Positions 24,128-37,928 of a stretch of DNA of 64,000 nt are shown here, piece after piece (within the stretch, counting starts at the first letter, position 1; each line of letters begins with the position of its first letter). The position numbers and the translations under genes are program-made. This stretch comes from Lepidodermella squamata (taxonomy: Eukaryota > Animalia > Gastrotricha). The notes under the pieces were generated by a model. The model had not been told where the DNA came from and ran no database searches. It was given only the letters and a program-made list of their open reading frames with translations. The stretch is from assembly GCA_047495785.1 (NCBI GenBank), contig JBLDXI010000024.1, forward strand, positions 620,001 to 684,000, in the 5' to 3' direction.

Positions 24128-24911
24128 TCGTTTCAAATTTTAATTTTTTTGCCTTTTCATGTGCATGATGAGTTGTTGCTTGCCAGGAACCTCCGCCTTC
24201 TTATTGCCGTTTATATACTTAATTCATATTTCATATCACAGAAACGTAGGCGAGACGTTTTGTTGCTCATTCATTATATTACCGATTAAATACTATTATC
24301 ACAATTAACTGGAGCACTGCATTATTCGCGACTTTCGTCGGCTTCGGCATTTGCACTTATTAATCGTTGTCTTATTAGTTGATTAATACCGACGTGCGCT
24401 TTGGCAATAAACTACTTGTTATTTCGCTGACTTCTAGATTTGTTCGACTAGTTTCCCACGTTTAAGACATACGAAAATCGGAAGTTTTGAGGTGGCTTCT
24501 TGAATTTTATTTCGTTCCGGTTCGATTGATCAGGTGACTTAGTTGACAACGATACAAACTGCATTGTGTTTCCCGCGACTGTTCTATCGTGAATTCAAAA
24601 TAATACTCGTATGCCAACCAAAACCATAAATTTATTCATCGGTGATCATAAACATATTTTAAGGTAGACGGGGAAGTGCAGAAAGAAGATGAAAGCTGTC
24701 AGAATCTGTCATATATGGATACACGCACCAGACGAAATCATCCGAAAATGTTTCAATAGCTAAAGATAACCACAATTTACATCTCATGTAATGCTTGAAT
24801 TTGATAAAATTTGGTTGAGAACCAAACGTCCTAATAATTTTCAACATATACTTTGCACATATCGTTCTTTGGTCGTATGTGTTTTGACGTCGCGCCAACA
24901 AAAACTAACAT

Positions 24912-27407
24912 TTATGACTTTCCTTTGTCTTCTTTGAGCTCAAGAGTTCGGTTGAAGACCAGACCGGACGATGCAAGTGAGCTTTTCTCATTATCGACAC
25001 AGAAATAGCCGTGTCTTTCGAACTGGAATCGACTCATCGGCTTGGCGTTTTTCACCGACTGATCAGCCCGAGCGTTTTTCAAAACAACCAGCGAATTTTC
25101 GTTCAGATCAGCCAAGTAGCCACCCTCGACGTCTTCAGGATTCTTGCTCTTGAACAGCCTGTTGTACAGGCGAACCTCTAGATGCACCGAGCTGTCAGAT
25201 TCGACCCAATGAATGTAAGCTTTCGGCTTCTCAGCAGACTGAACAATTTCAACCTTGAGACTCTTGATCTCGCCCTTCTCGTCTTTCACAACTTCTTTCA
25301 GAGCAACGACCAAACCCACGTACTTGAGACCGACAGGCTGTCCAGGCATGAGTCGTTTATAGCCCTTCTCGGCAGCCGACGAGTCAGCGACGAAGTCTGA
25401 GCGCTCGATGAAGAGCTTCGATGAAAACGCAACAATGTGAGTTGGTGAGTTTTCATTGGCCGGGAAATCAGGAATGTTCATCGATTTCGGAGTGTCAGCA
25501 GGCAAGTTGACGATTTCAATCGGAAGGGGATCTTAAAATAAGTATAAAATGAATAGCAATAGCATTGAAACAGATCAGCATACCTAAGCAGACCATAGCA
25601 CGAGGCGCTGTGATGTTGAGCACATCACGACAGCACGAGTCCAACATTGATGGGTCGAGAACTGTCTGAGCCATGGTGACACCGATTTTCGCGACGAAAA
25701 GGTGAATAGCTTCTGGCGGTACTCCGCGCCTCCTCTGGCCGGACAGCGTGTAGAGGCGAGGGTCGTCCCAGTCAGAAACAATACCTAGCTGAATGAGTTT
25801 CTCGATCTTCCGCTTGGACAGCACCGTGTAGTTGATGTTCAAACGGCCATATTCCCACTGAACAGGGCAGTACACATCGAGTGCGTTACACACCCAATAG
25901 TAGGCAGATCGGCGATTCTGGAACTCTTTCGTACACAGCGAGTGAGTAATATTTTCAATCGAGTCGCACAGGCAATGGGTGAAATCGTAGGTAGGATAGA
26001 TGCACCACTGAGAACCGGTCTGAGGGTGAGGCTTGAACTTGACGCGATACGCCACCGGGTCCATTTTTCCGTCGTCCATCACCATTTTCATTCGAAGTGT
26101 CGCCTCGCCCTCGTCGAACATACCACGGCGCATTTCCTCGAAAAGCCGCAGCGATTCTTCAAACGGCCTGTCCCGCCACGGCGATTGCGGAGCGTTTACC
26201 CCCTTAATTTCTTCACCTTTCTGGTGACAAACGTACGCCTTTCCACGTCGAATCAAATCAACGGCCCACTGGTATAACTGCTCGAAATTATCACTGGCAT
26301 GCGTGATTTTGTATGGTTTATAACCAAGCCATTCAACCATGTCACGGATTCCGCGAACAAAACGCTCATCCTCCTTTTCTGGGTTAGTGTCATCGTAACG
26401 GAGGTAACACAAACCGCCGTTAGCCATGGCATAGCCAAAGTTGAAATTGATGGCTTTCGCGTGACCAATATGTAGAATTCCGTTTGGCTCAGGCGGGAAT
26501 CGCGTCACGACAATAGGGTGTTTCAGCCCATTTTCCTCTCCCATTTTCTTCAATTTCTCGAGATGTTCCGCGAGAAGTTTCATCGTATTCGGCGTTACAA
26601 CGTATCCATCGGTCGTGTAATTTTCACCGGGTTTGTGGAAAGAAAGAGCAGCGCCTTTTATAATACGAGCTATTCCAGCTGCTACCCCACCGGCGCCTCC
26701 TGACTGCGAAATGAAATCGCTAACATCGACATCACGAACGTCGCCCTCGTCAGAACCAGCTGCGGCATTTGCTGGTTTGGCCGGAGCCTTCCCAGCGGCT
26801 TTCTTCGGCGCCTCCTCAGGCTTTTTCGCTGCCAGCTCTGGATTTTTCGCTTTGAAATCAGCCACTTCTTTGTCCACAACATCTTTTACTAGTTTCCCAT
26901 CGGCCCATTTCAACTTGGTGCGAACTTCGGCCATCAATTTACCCATGCCGAGATCTTTTGTTGAATTCAGATAATCTCTCACAACGCGTTCGACATCCTC
27001 CTTTGAAACAACTACGCCAACGCCAGTCGCTTCCTCGAATTTAGCGGCGTCGAATGGTTTGCCGATATTCGCGAGCAGATAATCGAGAGCAGCCTGAACT
27101 TGAGCTTCGCTGTTCAACTTCTTCTCAGCTATGTATTTGATAACAATTGACTGTGAGTCGATGACTTGAGGCTTAATCTTTGAAGACAGCTGATAGAGCA
27201 AGTTGAAAATAGCCTTGTCCACAGCTCCAGCCTTGCGTCAAAAAACAATAGCTGATGAGATTTTCAAGTCGAAATAAGAACATTTACCTCTTTTAGGGCA
27301 GCTTTGAAACGCTTTGCCAAGTCCTTATTTTTCTCGGTTTCAGCAATTTTCTGTTCACTCCAGCCACCGACCGAAGTGCATACCGCGTTGAAATCACAAT
27401 CAGCCAT
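24912..27407 (-). CDS. QARS1: Glutaminyl-tRNA synthetase
   Basis: [23 protein letters not shown], anticodon-binding FQFERHGYF; N-terminal [11 protein letters not shown] exon; 2 introns. Confidence 0.97.
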
Positions 27408-27638
27408 TATAAATAGCTTCTAAAATATGGGCACACCCAAGTAATAAAGAAATTCTGTAATTGTTTTTTTCAACCGGTTGGACCAACTCTGGAATGTAAC
27501 ATGCTAAATCACAGTCCCTAAAACACAAGATATTGGCATTTGGAGCTTTTCAAGCTCAGATAAGTTGAAATCAAAGTGAATTTTAGAGCCACATGAGCAG
27601 GCTCGCACCGAGTTCATTGCCGAAACGCTAGCATCAGC

Positions 27639-28499
<861 letters not shown>

Positions 28500-28836
28500 T
28501 TACAAGATCTAAAATACCAAAATTATGAACAGTTATTACTCAGCTTCTGTAAATATTACTATAAAGTGTTCATCAAGGTAAAATTACTATGCATCAGATC
28601 TCCGTATAATCGCCGACAATTCAAGCAACAGGCTTTCGAAGAGTAGTATATTAATGTAAAGGAAGCATCTTAGGCATAAAACGTGCAATTGAGATTAATG
28701 AAGTACAAAAGTTTAAACAACCAACAAGATTTTTGAAGCTGAAATTCATTCACAACCATTTGTTCGATTCGAAATTTCATGCGGAATAAATGACAAATAA
28801 AAAATGCACAACCTTATCCAGATTCTTGAACAATAT

Positions 28837-29575
28837 TCAGATCTTTCGCACAAGATAACCTGATACAGAAGAGCTAACTTCATAAGTTTTGGAAGCCGAA
28901 ATGCGACGTAGCTCAGACAAATAAATGTAATCTGCAGCTGTGGTGAAAAACGCGAAAGCAGCCGAGACAACTGCCAAAGCATACGACCATGAGAGATAGT
29001 TGAAAAATTGCATGGGCATCCAGTTCCAATCGACCCTGGCTGATACACCAAATATCAACACAACTGCAGTCTGAAAGGCACCTTGATAATAAAACAAACC
29101 AATTATTTTATCAAGAGGTTTTGTAGACTTCAACTTTACCAGTCAATGTAGTAAACAGCAGTGCCCACTTGGGATATGATTCGTCAGGATCTTGACAGTT
29201 GAGATAGGTCCAAAGGTGGAATGCCACAGAAGCTACGCTACACAAGACTCCCAGAATAGCGAATACTTCGACAGCAATGAACCAGCCGGGGAAAAGCCAG
29301 TAGCGAATAAGCTCGTATTCTTTCGAATATATCCACCAGCAACCATAGTAAGCCTTTTGCACGCGATCTCCCGGATGAATAAATCCAGCAAAGCAGGCTT
29401 CCCATAGCCCGATTCGTAAGAATTTTGAATGAACCCTTGGCCATGACTGAAACCAATACGGCGTTCCGAATGCCACGATCAGAATAACAAATGTAACAAC
29501 GGAAAAAGCCAAGCAATATTTCAGCGGCTTGTAGCCGACTGGGGTGCCAGTCAGCGAGGTCTCATAGCGCTTCAT
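28837..29575 (-). CDS. Claudin/PMP22 family, pickel/Megatrachea-like septate junction protein
   Basis: TPYW..GLWEACF..GCWWIYSKEYELIRYWLFPGWF; NYLSWSYALA; four hydrophobic segments; one intron. Confidence 0.85.
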
Positions 29576-30313
29576 TCTGATTCAAAGGACCTACAATAAA
29601 GAGTAATAAATAATATAGATAGTTACATCATGTTCAGCAACTACAAGCAACTATGATTTCGTATGATCGCGCGATTACGTCATATGGTATATGGTACACA
29701 GTTAGAATTACTTTTATCGAGTCAAGGTTCGTGGGCGGTAAAAAAGCTACCATCACTGAATGCTTTGATTTATCTTCGAAATTACGAACAGTGCCAAGAG
29801 CCAGATGAAACACAGATATCACAAAGGTCCCAAAAGTTTATCGTGAGACAGCGAAAAAAATAAAGAAACTGAACCTGATGAAACTTGTTTGCATTATTTT
29901 GGATGGGATGCCTAAAATCTAATGGGGACGTTAGAAGTGCCCTACTCTATGCCTTTATCTCAGTAACTGAAAATAGCATGATGCACAATTTATTATTTGG
30001 TAAACCCTCCGATACACATATCTGGTTTCGGGAGGCTTGAGGGTGTGTATTTTAGGCCGCTTCGTATTTCGCTACACGAGAGCTAAGAGCTACTCTTAAT
30101 CTCGTAGAGCGTAGAGGCTACATGTGAAAGTAACTGTTCTGTTGGTGATTAACGCATGACGCCTTCTTCTCTCAGAGTAAGTAATGCGCTTTTACTCCTG
30201 GCGCTTAGCGTCGAAATCTCAAAAGGCGAAATGTTAAAATAGAAATAACTAGCAATCAGTTTTCATTTCCAAAATACTTGACACTAGGAACGGGATCAGA
30301 GACTGGTAGCTGG

Positions 30314-30606
30314 CAGTGGCGGAGATATGAAAATTTTCCTGGGGTAGCACCTAGGGCGCCACTGACTCGTTTGGATAGTGAAAAATACTTTTACCATTAA
30401 AAATGGCAGTAATAATTTGCTATTGAAGAAAATCATATGGCGAAACTGTTTCAACGAGCTTTTCGAGCCCCAAATCGACCAATTAACGTATTTAAATTGA
30501 TTCAATTGACCTGTTTACTTCAAGTTAGGGGCGCCACAGTCCGTTTTGGGGGGTGAAGACTTGGGGTAGCAGTGCTACCCCTGGAGACCCCATATCTCCG
30601 CCACTG
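30314..30606. mobile_element. hAT-superfamily MITE (non-autonomous DNA transposon), 293 bp
   Basis: Perfect 16-bp TIRs CAGTGGCGGAGATATG / CATATCTCCGCCACTG, flanked by an 8-bp TSD GTAGCTGG (30306-30313 and 30607-30614). Confidence 0.93.
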
Positions 30607-31687
30607 GTAGCTGGAAGATGTGATAAATTAAGTCAACCACCCGAACCGGGCGAGCTCATCCGGGGCCAATTGCAGCCAATTTTGGATTATAGCGTCCGTC
30701 CAAAGGGCCAAGATGTGTAAATAACTCATTTCCCATTCATCGCCAAACGCCTCGTTCAAAGAAAAACGAAAGCTGAGACTCGCTCTTTAATGAACAGCAC
30801 GATAAAGGTTAACACCAACATGGTTAGCGCCCGCAATTTAGCCAGTAATACCAAGTTAGCCAGTACGAATCACGACTTGGGCTAAAAAACAACAACTTTT
30901 CAGCATAGAAGCTGCATCAAATGAATTGCGGCGCCGAAACGAATGAAAATTATAATATGACATAAATTATTTAAATTAATGTCAGAAAATGACATGGAAC
31001 ATCCAAAAAGATAAAATTGATTTTGCGCAACAAAAATCTGAAAAAATCGAGTTGTAACCTGGGCTGTCAAACGTCTCAACGAGTATTTGCTCGAGGAACT
31101 CATTTTGCCGGCTTTTTGCAGTTTTCGAGGTTGTTAGCGAGTAGCCAGGCGATCTCCTCATCTCCCTTCTCCTTTCTTTGCGACCAACGGCTCACGAATG
31201 ACCATTAATGGCCACTACTTTCAAAATGCTTAGCTTTTAAAATTAGAACTGTTTGAAGTATGGAGGGCACAACATAAAATACTCTTGACTCTTGATTTTC
31301 GGCGCTTGGTGCTGATCATGCCAAATGAGCATTAATCATGCTCTTTTCCTAAGTGCTATGAAATGTAATTGATTGTATTCGTTTGAATTAATGAACAGAG
31401 AGTATGCTCATCCACTCTAGACTCTGGACATCATACATATTATACTGATGTGACTGATTATGACTTCTAGCTTCATCGGTTTCAGGTTGACAGGTTCGGG
31501 ACTTATCGCAATCCTGCTGTTTGTCTCTAGAATACTCTAGAATACTCTAGGTAGTTTTATTTGGTTATCTACAGGCTGCTCCACTCCCCATATCCACCTG
31601 GTTATATACCAATGTTTACTTATTTCTGCGTAGTGACGATCAGAGCATAGAGCATTCAAATCTTATGATCATTACATTTATAGGAGG

Positions 31688-33617
31688 ATGCAAAATCATA
31701 ATTATAATACGTTTGGATCATCAATATTTTCCGATTCTGACAGCGGCTGTGCTGTTGAAGAGTATGTTTGGGTGCCTCCTGGACTAAGCCATGATCAGGT
31801 TGGTGATTCTCGTGCCTTTCGAGCCAGTAATGTTTGATGTTTTGTTTGGTGTTCACAGATTCGTCGTTATTTTGCCGTTATCCCCGAAGACAAAGTCCCT
31901 TACCCGAAAAGCGAAGGAGAGCGCTATCGCGTAAAACAGTTGACCTATCAGCTACCACCTCAAGATTGCGAGGTACGCCCTGATCTTATGGACATCGTTT
32001 ACTATGCTTACATATTTTTTTAATAGCCGCGATTTTGTCGGTCTCTCAATGACAACGAAGTGCAAGAGTTGCTGACATTCAAGCTAAAGAGAAAAGCTGA
32101 ATGCTTGGGTCGTGGCACAATCAGAGAGCTGACAGAGACTGGAGCGGAAAACTTATGCTGTGATAAGGTAGCATTTCTATATTAACTTATACAGGCATCT
32201 AATTTCTGACATTCTACAGTGCAATGAGCGTTTCGAAGCGTACCAATTGGCTGTATTTGCTTCACGAGCGGGATCTGCCAGAGCCTGGCACCCTCAATGT
32301 TTTACTTGTTCTGAATGCTCAAATCTGCTGATCGATCTCATTTATTTCTACTGCAATTTGGATGGTAGACTGTATTGTGGTCGCCATCATGCGGAGCGGT
32401 TCAAGCCTCGATGTGGAGCTTGCGATGAGCTGATCTTCTCTGATGAATGTACAGAAGCCGAGGGCTACACATGGCATCTTCAGCATTTCGTCTGTTTCTC
32501 ATGTGAACAGCCACTCGCATCTCAAAGATACCTGCTTCAAGCTCAGAGGCCGTTTTGCATGCGATGCTATCATGAGACTCAGACGGAAACCTGCGTTGCA
32601 TGCCAGCAAAGAATTGGCGTTGATGACCCCCATGTCACTCAAAATGGGTTGTTTTGGCACAAATCACCTTCTTGTTACGCATGCACATTTTGCGGCAACC
32701 CAATCAATCCGGCCAGCCCTGCGTTTGTCACAGGATTGGAAATATTTTGCTCAACAGCTTGCCAGCATGAGTCAGCCGAAAGCGAGCTGAACAAGGAAAA
32801 TCTCGAGGCGTTACTTGCCACTTCCATTACGTCGCCGTTCGAGCAGCCACCTAGGCCAGTTCGTGGCGCGATGGGAATGTCGCATGTCGATGCGAGTTAC
32901 AACACCAGTTCGGACTTCCTGGATCCGCATAGTGAATCTTTTTGTACGCACCACTTGCCTCCTCACCGGTCTTGCCCGTATCATCATCATCACTCACAAA
33001 TGCCCTTCCCTCCTGAACCTGCTGTTCAAGAACTGTTAGAATCGGCTGCGTCGGGTTCAGTCCGAGGGCGGCCGCCAATAATCTCGACTCTTAGTAGCCA
33101 AGGATCTGTCCAGGGTGAAAATTCTACGGCGACTAGACGGGTTCACTTTCCTCGGAGCGTTTCATTCCCTGCCGAAATCGATGCACAGGGCGAAGACGAG
33201 GACAAACCAAAGCCACGTCGCAAATCTAGGAGGCATCGGCATCATAGACGTCGCCATCGCAGTAAGTGGCTGCTTTCAAGACTCTTTATTGCTATGTTTT
33301 TCTAATTCATATTCGTATTTTTCGCAGATAATGATGACGACGATTGCAGCACGTGCTCTAGCTCGAGTTCTGATTCAGTCGACGAAAGTGCCGGAGGATT
33401 TTCGACGTCTAGCCGCTTTCAAGCCGACGCTAATCAAATTTTAATGTCCTCGAGTGCTACCGGAGCTTTTGCGAACGGTGATGTCGTCTCAATATCCTCA
33501 TCAACCGGTAGTGGTTCGACTTACCAACCATCCAAGGGTGGTTTATACGCGGGTCGTCACACGCTATCTCGCGGACACAAGAAGCGAGTTGGCTCGAAAA
33601 ACTGTCTTGTTTCCTGA
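31688..33617 (+). CDS. pk: Prickle (PET + 3 LIM, C-terminal CaaX)
   Basis: [18 protein letters not shown] and [12 protein letters not shown] (PET domain); three LIM domains; C-terminus KNCLVS* (farnesylation motif); 4 introns. Confidence 0.92.
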
Positions 33618-34112
33618 AAAAAGTTTATTATTGTTGTTATCAGAAACGAGATTGATATGTATGTACAAGATATTTAGTCATCGTTGTTTTTTACATTTTT
33701 AGGCTCAAATTTCTCTTTGTTTTCGGTTTTTATAATCAGCTTGAAGGGTTACGGTGGTAAAGATGAAATGCATGCATCAAACTCTTCTCTTAGAAATTTC
33801 AAATTTTGTGCATAATTTGATGACACTTTATGAAATACAAAGTGAAACTTTTATTATTGCTCATCATAGCTAACTGACTGAATGCTTGTCGATGCGCTTC
33901 CGAATGATGTGAACCAAACCCAGCTGCTCCATTTTCGTTTCGTGCTCATCGCAGTCGCTGTAATTTTGCCGCATTTACATTTTACAATTTTCATCTTTTT
34001 GTTGGCATCTTCGCGTATGAAGGAACGCTGCTTCCATCGACCGAGTTTATACGTAATAAACAATGTCTTGTGTATGAATTCGTTGTGTTTTTATAGGCTT
34101 TGAATTCATATT

Positions 34113-36645
34113 ATGGCAACATTAAAAAGGGCAACTTCGCTGTTGAAAAACCGGTATGCTATCGCTCGTATCGGCCGGGCAGAGTTATCGGCGGTGCCGC
34201 AAGAAAACAAAACTGATGTTGATAAAAAGTCAGATAAAAGTGATCAAGTCGAAGCGCTGAAAACTGCTAAAATAGCCGAAGTGAAAGAAACTGTGGCACA
34301 ATATCACCCGTCTCCAGGCGTGCTTCGATTTCACCCTGATCGTCTGAGGGACCCTAAACCCAAATTGGACAATACTGTGATTAAGAGCCTTGCAGTTGGC
34401 AAAGTTAACAACGTATGTTTTCCCAACTGAAAAACGGGGAATTCGCCTAATTCCTGAAATTAATAGAAACTATTCGAGTATCCCGAGTTTGATTCAAAAG
34501 AAGACTTGGCATCTGCCGTTGAATTCAGCAACCTGCTTGATGCTTATTTCAAAGAAACCGGAGGTTCCAAGTCTCTAATTGATGGCTCAAGAACCATTTC
34601 GAAAAATGTACTCCAGACTCTCCGCTCTTTTGGACTGTTCGGTTTAGAAATCCCAGCTCAATACGGTAACATCTATATGATTCATTTAACTTTTCCTGAC
34701 TCTTCGCTTTTCAGGTGGATTAAATCTCGATGCGAAAAAAGTATTGAGGGTTTATGAATCCATTGCATCACGGGACATGTCTGTACTTGCTACGGTAGCT
34801 GCCCATAACAATTTAGCCGTCAAAGCGATTTTGCTCTTCGGAAATGAAGAGCAGCGCCAGAAATATCTACCTCTTCTTGCAAGTGGAGAGATGATCGGGG
34901 CTTTTTGTTTAACTGAGCCAAATAGCGGCATGGATGCTGCTATGATGGAAACGCGCGCTGACCCGGCGCCTGATGGTCCTTATTATACGTTGAATGGCAC
35001 GAAATCATGGGTTACAAATGCTGCAACCGCTGATTTGTTCATTGTTTTCGCACGAAGCAAAGGAAATTCATCTGTAAGCGAGAAAATTCTTTAAAATTGT
35101 GAAAAGCGCTAACAATTTTATCAACATCCAGATTAATTTATCATCAGCGTTTATCGTGGAGAAATCGTTTGGCGGTGTTAAAATTGGCGAACCCCGTCAA
35201 ACGATTGGACTAAGGCAGGCAAATTGTTAGTGGCATGCTTTCTAACCGAGAAGACGTGAAAAATATGTTTCATTTCAGTTGCTGATGTGACTTTCGATGA
35301 GACCAAGGTTCCCGAGGCCAATTTGCTGGGTCAAAGAGATGACGGTCACAAGGTTTTAGTCGTTTAAATTTCTTTACAAGATTCATCAAATGTTTTTTCG
35401 AAAGATTGCCTTGATCACAGCTTCATCTAATCTGTTCACGTCTGGAGCCATTGGTGCCAGTATTATCAAACCTTTACTCCGAAGTGCCACAGAAAGAATT
35501 TCAGATGTCACCCGATTCAAAAAAGAGTTGAGCGACATGGAGGCAGTCAGAGTTGGTTTTCATTCGTGATCGAAAATGCGAGTGTAATTTTACCATTTCA
35601 GGGATGCCTATCTTCAACTGCGATAAATGCTTATGCTATGGAGTCAATGGCGTTTTATACTGCAGGAATGCTGGATGATTATGATAAGCCAGATCTAGTC
35701 TCCGAATCGACCGCTGTTCGAGTAAATTTTCGGAATTTCTTTGATAGTTCTGTCTCTACGACTCTGTTATTAAGATGTTTACAAACGAAAATCTGTTCCA
35801 ATCCATCGACCAATTAGGGAAATTATTCGGCGCAGATAGCGTCCTCGAATCATCGCCGTTTTTAGGGGTGCTCAACGATGTTCGAACCTGGCTGTGGCTT
35901 GAAGGCAATCCGGAGATGTTCAAATCATTAGTAGCCTTTTCAACCTTACAACACGTTGGTTCCAGCATTCAGGATATGGCTAGGAAGTTCCGGAAGCCTC
36001 TTGATAATCCCAACTTTGTGTTCAAAACTCTCTTCTCATGGTACACGCGGGACAAGCCGAAAATGCTCGGACTAGACCTCGCTTACGAGTTTCACCCGAC
36101 GCTCAGGGTATGCTAAGATTGTTAACTTTTGGAGTGATTATTTTGTGTGCAATAAAACAGGACAGCTCAGATATGTTGGAAGAGCTCATCAGCTATATCG
36201 AGCACTACGGCAAAAAGATGCTTGTTACCAATGCAGAGGTAGGATTTTGAATGTTTAGATGTTCTTTTTCGATACATTTTTTTAGGAATTGATTGAACGT
36301 CAATTCATGCTCGCGAGGTATGCAGATGCCGTCTGTGGAGCGTATGCGGTGATGGCTGTTTTATCGCGCGCTAGTCGCGTGAAAGCAATTGGTCTGCCTA
36401 ATCACGACCACGAAGTTCGCCTCGCCAAATTGTTCACGTTCAAGACCATTCCAGTTTTGAAAAATCGGCTCGAGGAAGTCAAGATGGGTAAATACATTGC
36501 TATCTAGAATTACTTTTCCAGCTTTCAATTTCGTGTGTTTTCAGGAACTGTTTTAAGTGGAGATGATTGGTTCAGCGAAGTCGGAAAATATGTGTTTAAA
36601 CACCGCGGTTGGGCTGCTGCTCACCCGTCGGCAAGGAACTGGTGA
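34113..36645 (+). CDS. ACAD9: Acyl-CoA dehydrogenase 9-like (complex I assembly factor)
   Basis: Mitochondrial leader; GAFCLTEPNSGMDA, LNGTKSWVTNA; extended C-terminal domain ending AHPSARNW*; about 10 short introns. Confidence 0.85.
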
Positions 36646-36820
36646 AACGTATCATAGCTTGTTTATGACTAATTATCGGATTATTTCTGGAAAAAAATAA
36701 AATTGAGTTTTTGCACAAGAAAAAGTTATTACGTTGCCCGGAATATTTATTGATATGAATTTTACAAGATAACGCCAACTTTTCACTGAATTGACTCCGA
36801 GTGAAATTTGCAGCTCAACC

Positions 36821-37187
36821 TCATGGGGACTCCCCGTGCAGCATATTTCTAGCCAAATCTTTCGCCCAGAGATAAAAGGCTCCAGGATTCCTGCAAATGT
36901 GAGATCCAAAATGCCGAATGCACTTTTCCATTCGACGTTGTACAGCAAACTCGGCGATTCTTTGCATCCATTCCGGGTTTATTGATGCAACTTGATAACA
37001 GAAATGACAAATTTTAAAGATATCACGGTTGATTTAAAAGGGTCTTCATACCATGAGTTAGTTGGTCACTTGAATCTGGCCGCTTGTCATCGTTATGTGC
37101 GGATTCTTTGTCATCAGTTGTAAATGCTCCCGTGCATAGGAAAAATGCTGCGAATTCAAAGATAAGCAGCCATAATTTTAATCGCAT
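36821..37187 (-). CDS. Secreted prepropeptide, uncharacterised family, copy A (101 aa)
   Basis: Exons 37187-37052 and 36990-36821: MRLKLWLLIFEFAAFFLCTGA-FTTDDKESAHNDDKRPDSSDQLTHVASINPEWMQRIAEFAVQ-RR-MEKCIRHFGSHICRNPGAFYLWAKDLARNMLHGESP*. AATAAA at 36750-36745. Confidence 0.85.
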
Positions 37188-37264
37188 CGTGGTTTTGAAA
37201 TGAATTCCTTCGCCAATGCGGTTGACAGCCGAAGGTAGGTATTTATGGTGTCCATGAGATGCAA

Positions 37265-37767
37265 ATTGCCATTATTAAGGTCGATTATTTAAGAGCTGCG
37301 TGGGCTCATCGACAGCAATCAGTACCAACCAACGCATCTCGCGAATCGCTGTGCGTGATTTTATTGCAATCGAGTGATTAATGCAAATTTACCAGGGTGA
37401 CGCAAAATAATATACTATCAACATGGGTAGGCGATGCGGAAAATTCGTAGCTATGTCAGATGAAACAAAAATCACATGGTTCATTAATAGGTACCCCCAC
37501 TCATTTTAGCTACGTCCAGATATTATGTCCTTTGTTCTCGACTGAGCCAAAATGTAAAAAGCACTTCTATTTTGACAAATCGCCATTTAACCACATTCTC
37601 GCAAACGTTTCTCTAATCGCCGTTTCTAGATTCGGACACAATTTGAGGATAAAATGCGTTAGGCAGGCTTTAACCTGTAATTCTTACTGCGATGACAATC
37701 ATACATTATTTGGGCCAGAAATAAGAACGGATCTTTTCACTACTCGCTTCGCCTGAGCCATTATGCC
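37265..37767. repeat. Diverged direct repeat, copy 1 (partner 47603-48175)
   Basis: Shared blocks such as GAGCTGCGTGGG, GTCAGATGAAACAAAAA, AAATGTAAAAAGCAC and TCTAATCGCCGTTTCTAGATTCGGA. Confidence 0.9.
37506..37767 (-). pseudogene. Pseudogenised copy of prepropeptide B
   Basis: Paralogous to 47812-48175. Signal peptide is missing, exon 2 is reduced to 12 nt (37686-37675), there is a premature TAA at 37589-37587, and the first Cys is replaced (KRRLEKRLRECG*MAICQNRSAFYILAQSRTKDIISGRS*). Confidence 0.85.
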
Positions 37768-37928
37768 ATTTCAAGCTCAGCATTTCGCTGCTTCCCTGGC
37801 GAATGAGCGAGCCTATCAAAAATAGCTCTTTTCCCAAAATTAAAAGTCACCAATAAATTGAGCGGGAAAAATTCATCGCTTTATTGTAAATATTATTAAT
37901 AAAATAGCCGGATATTTTACGACTTCAG

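Noticed and set aside
27540-27635. Possible C/D snoRNA or SECIS in the PSMA5 3'UTR (minus-strand ATGAAC...CTGA)
   Set aside because: Box C is imperfect, there is no recognisable rRNA guide or SECIS geometry, and PSMA5 has no in-frame TGA.
28538-28612. CTGA / TGATGA / CTGA boxes upstream of PSMA5
   Set aside because: C-D spacing is too short, and there is no upstream box C or terminal stem.
30060-30125. Telomerase RNA (P6.1-like AAGAG-UAG-CUCUU)
   Set aside because: No CUAACCCU-type template or pseudoknot nearby, and the loop size differs.
31526-31550. CTCTAGAATA tandem (about 2.5 copies)
   Set aside because: Simple slippage duplication, not an array.
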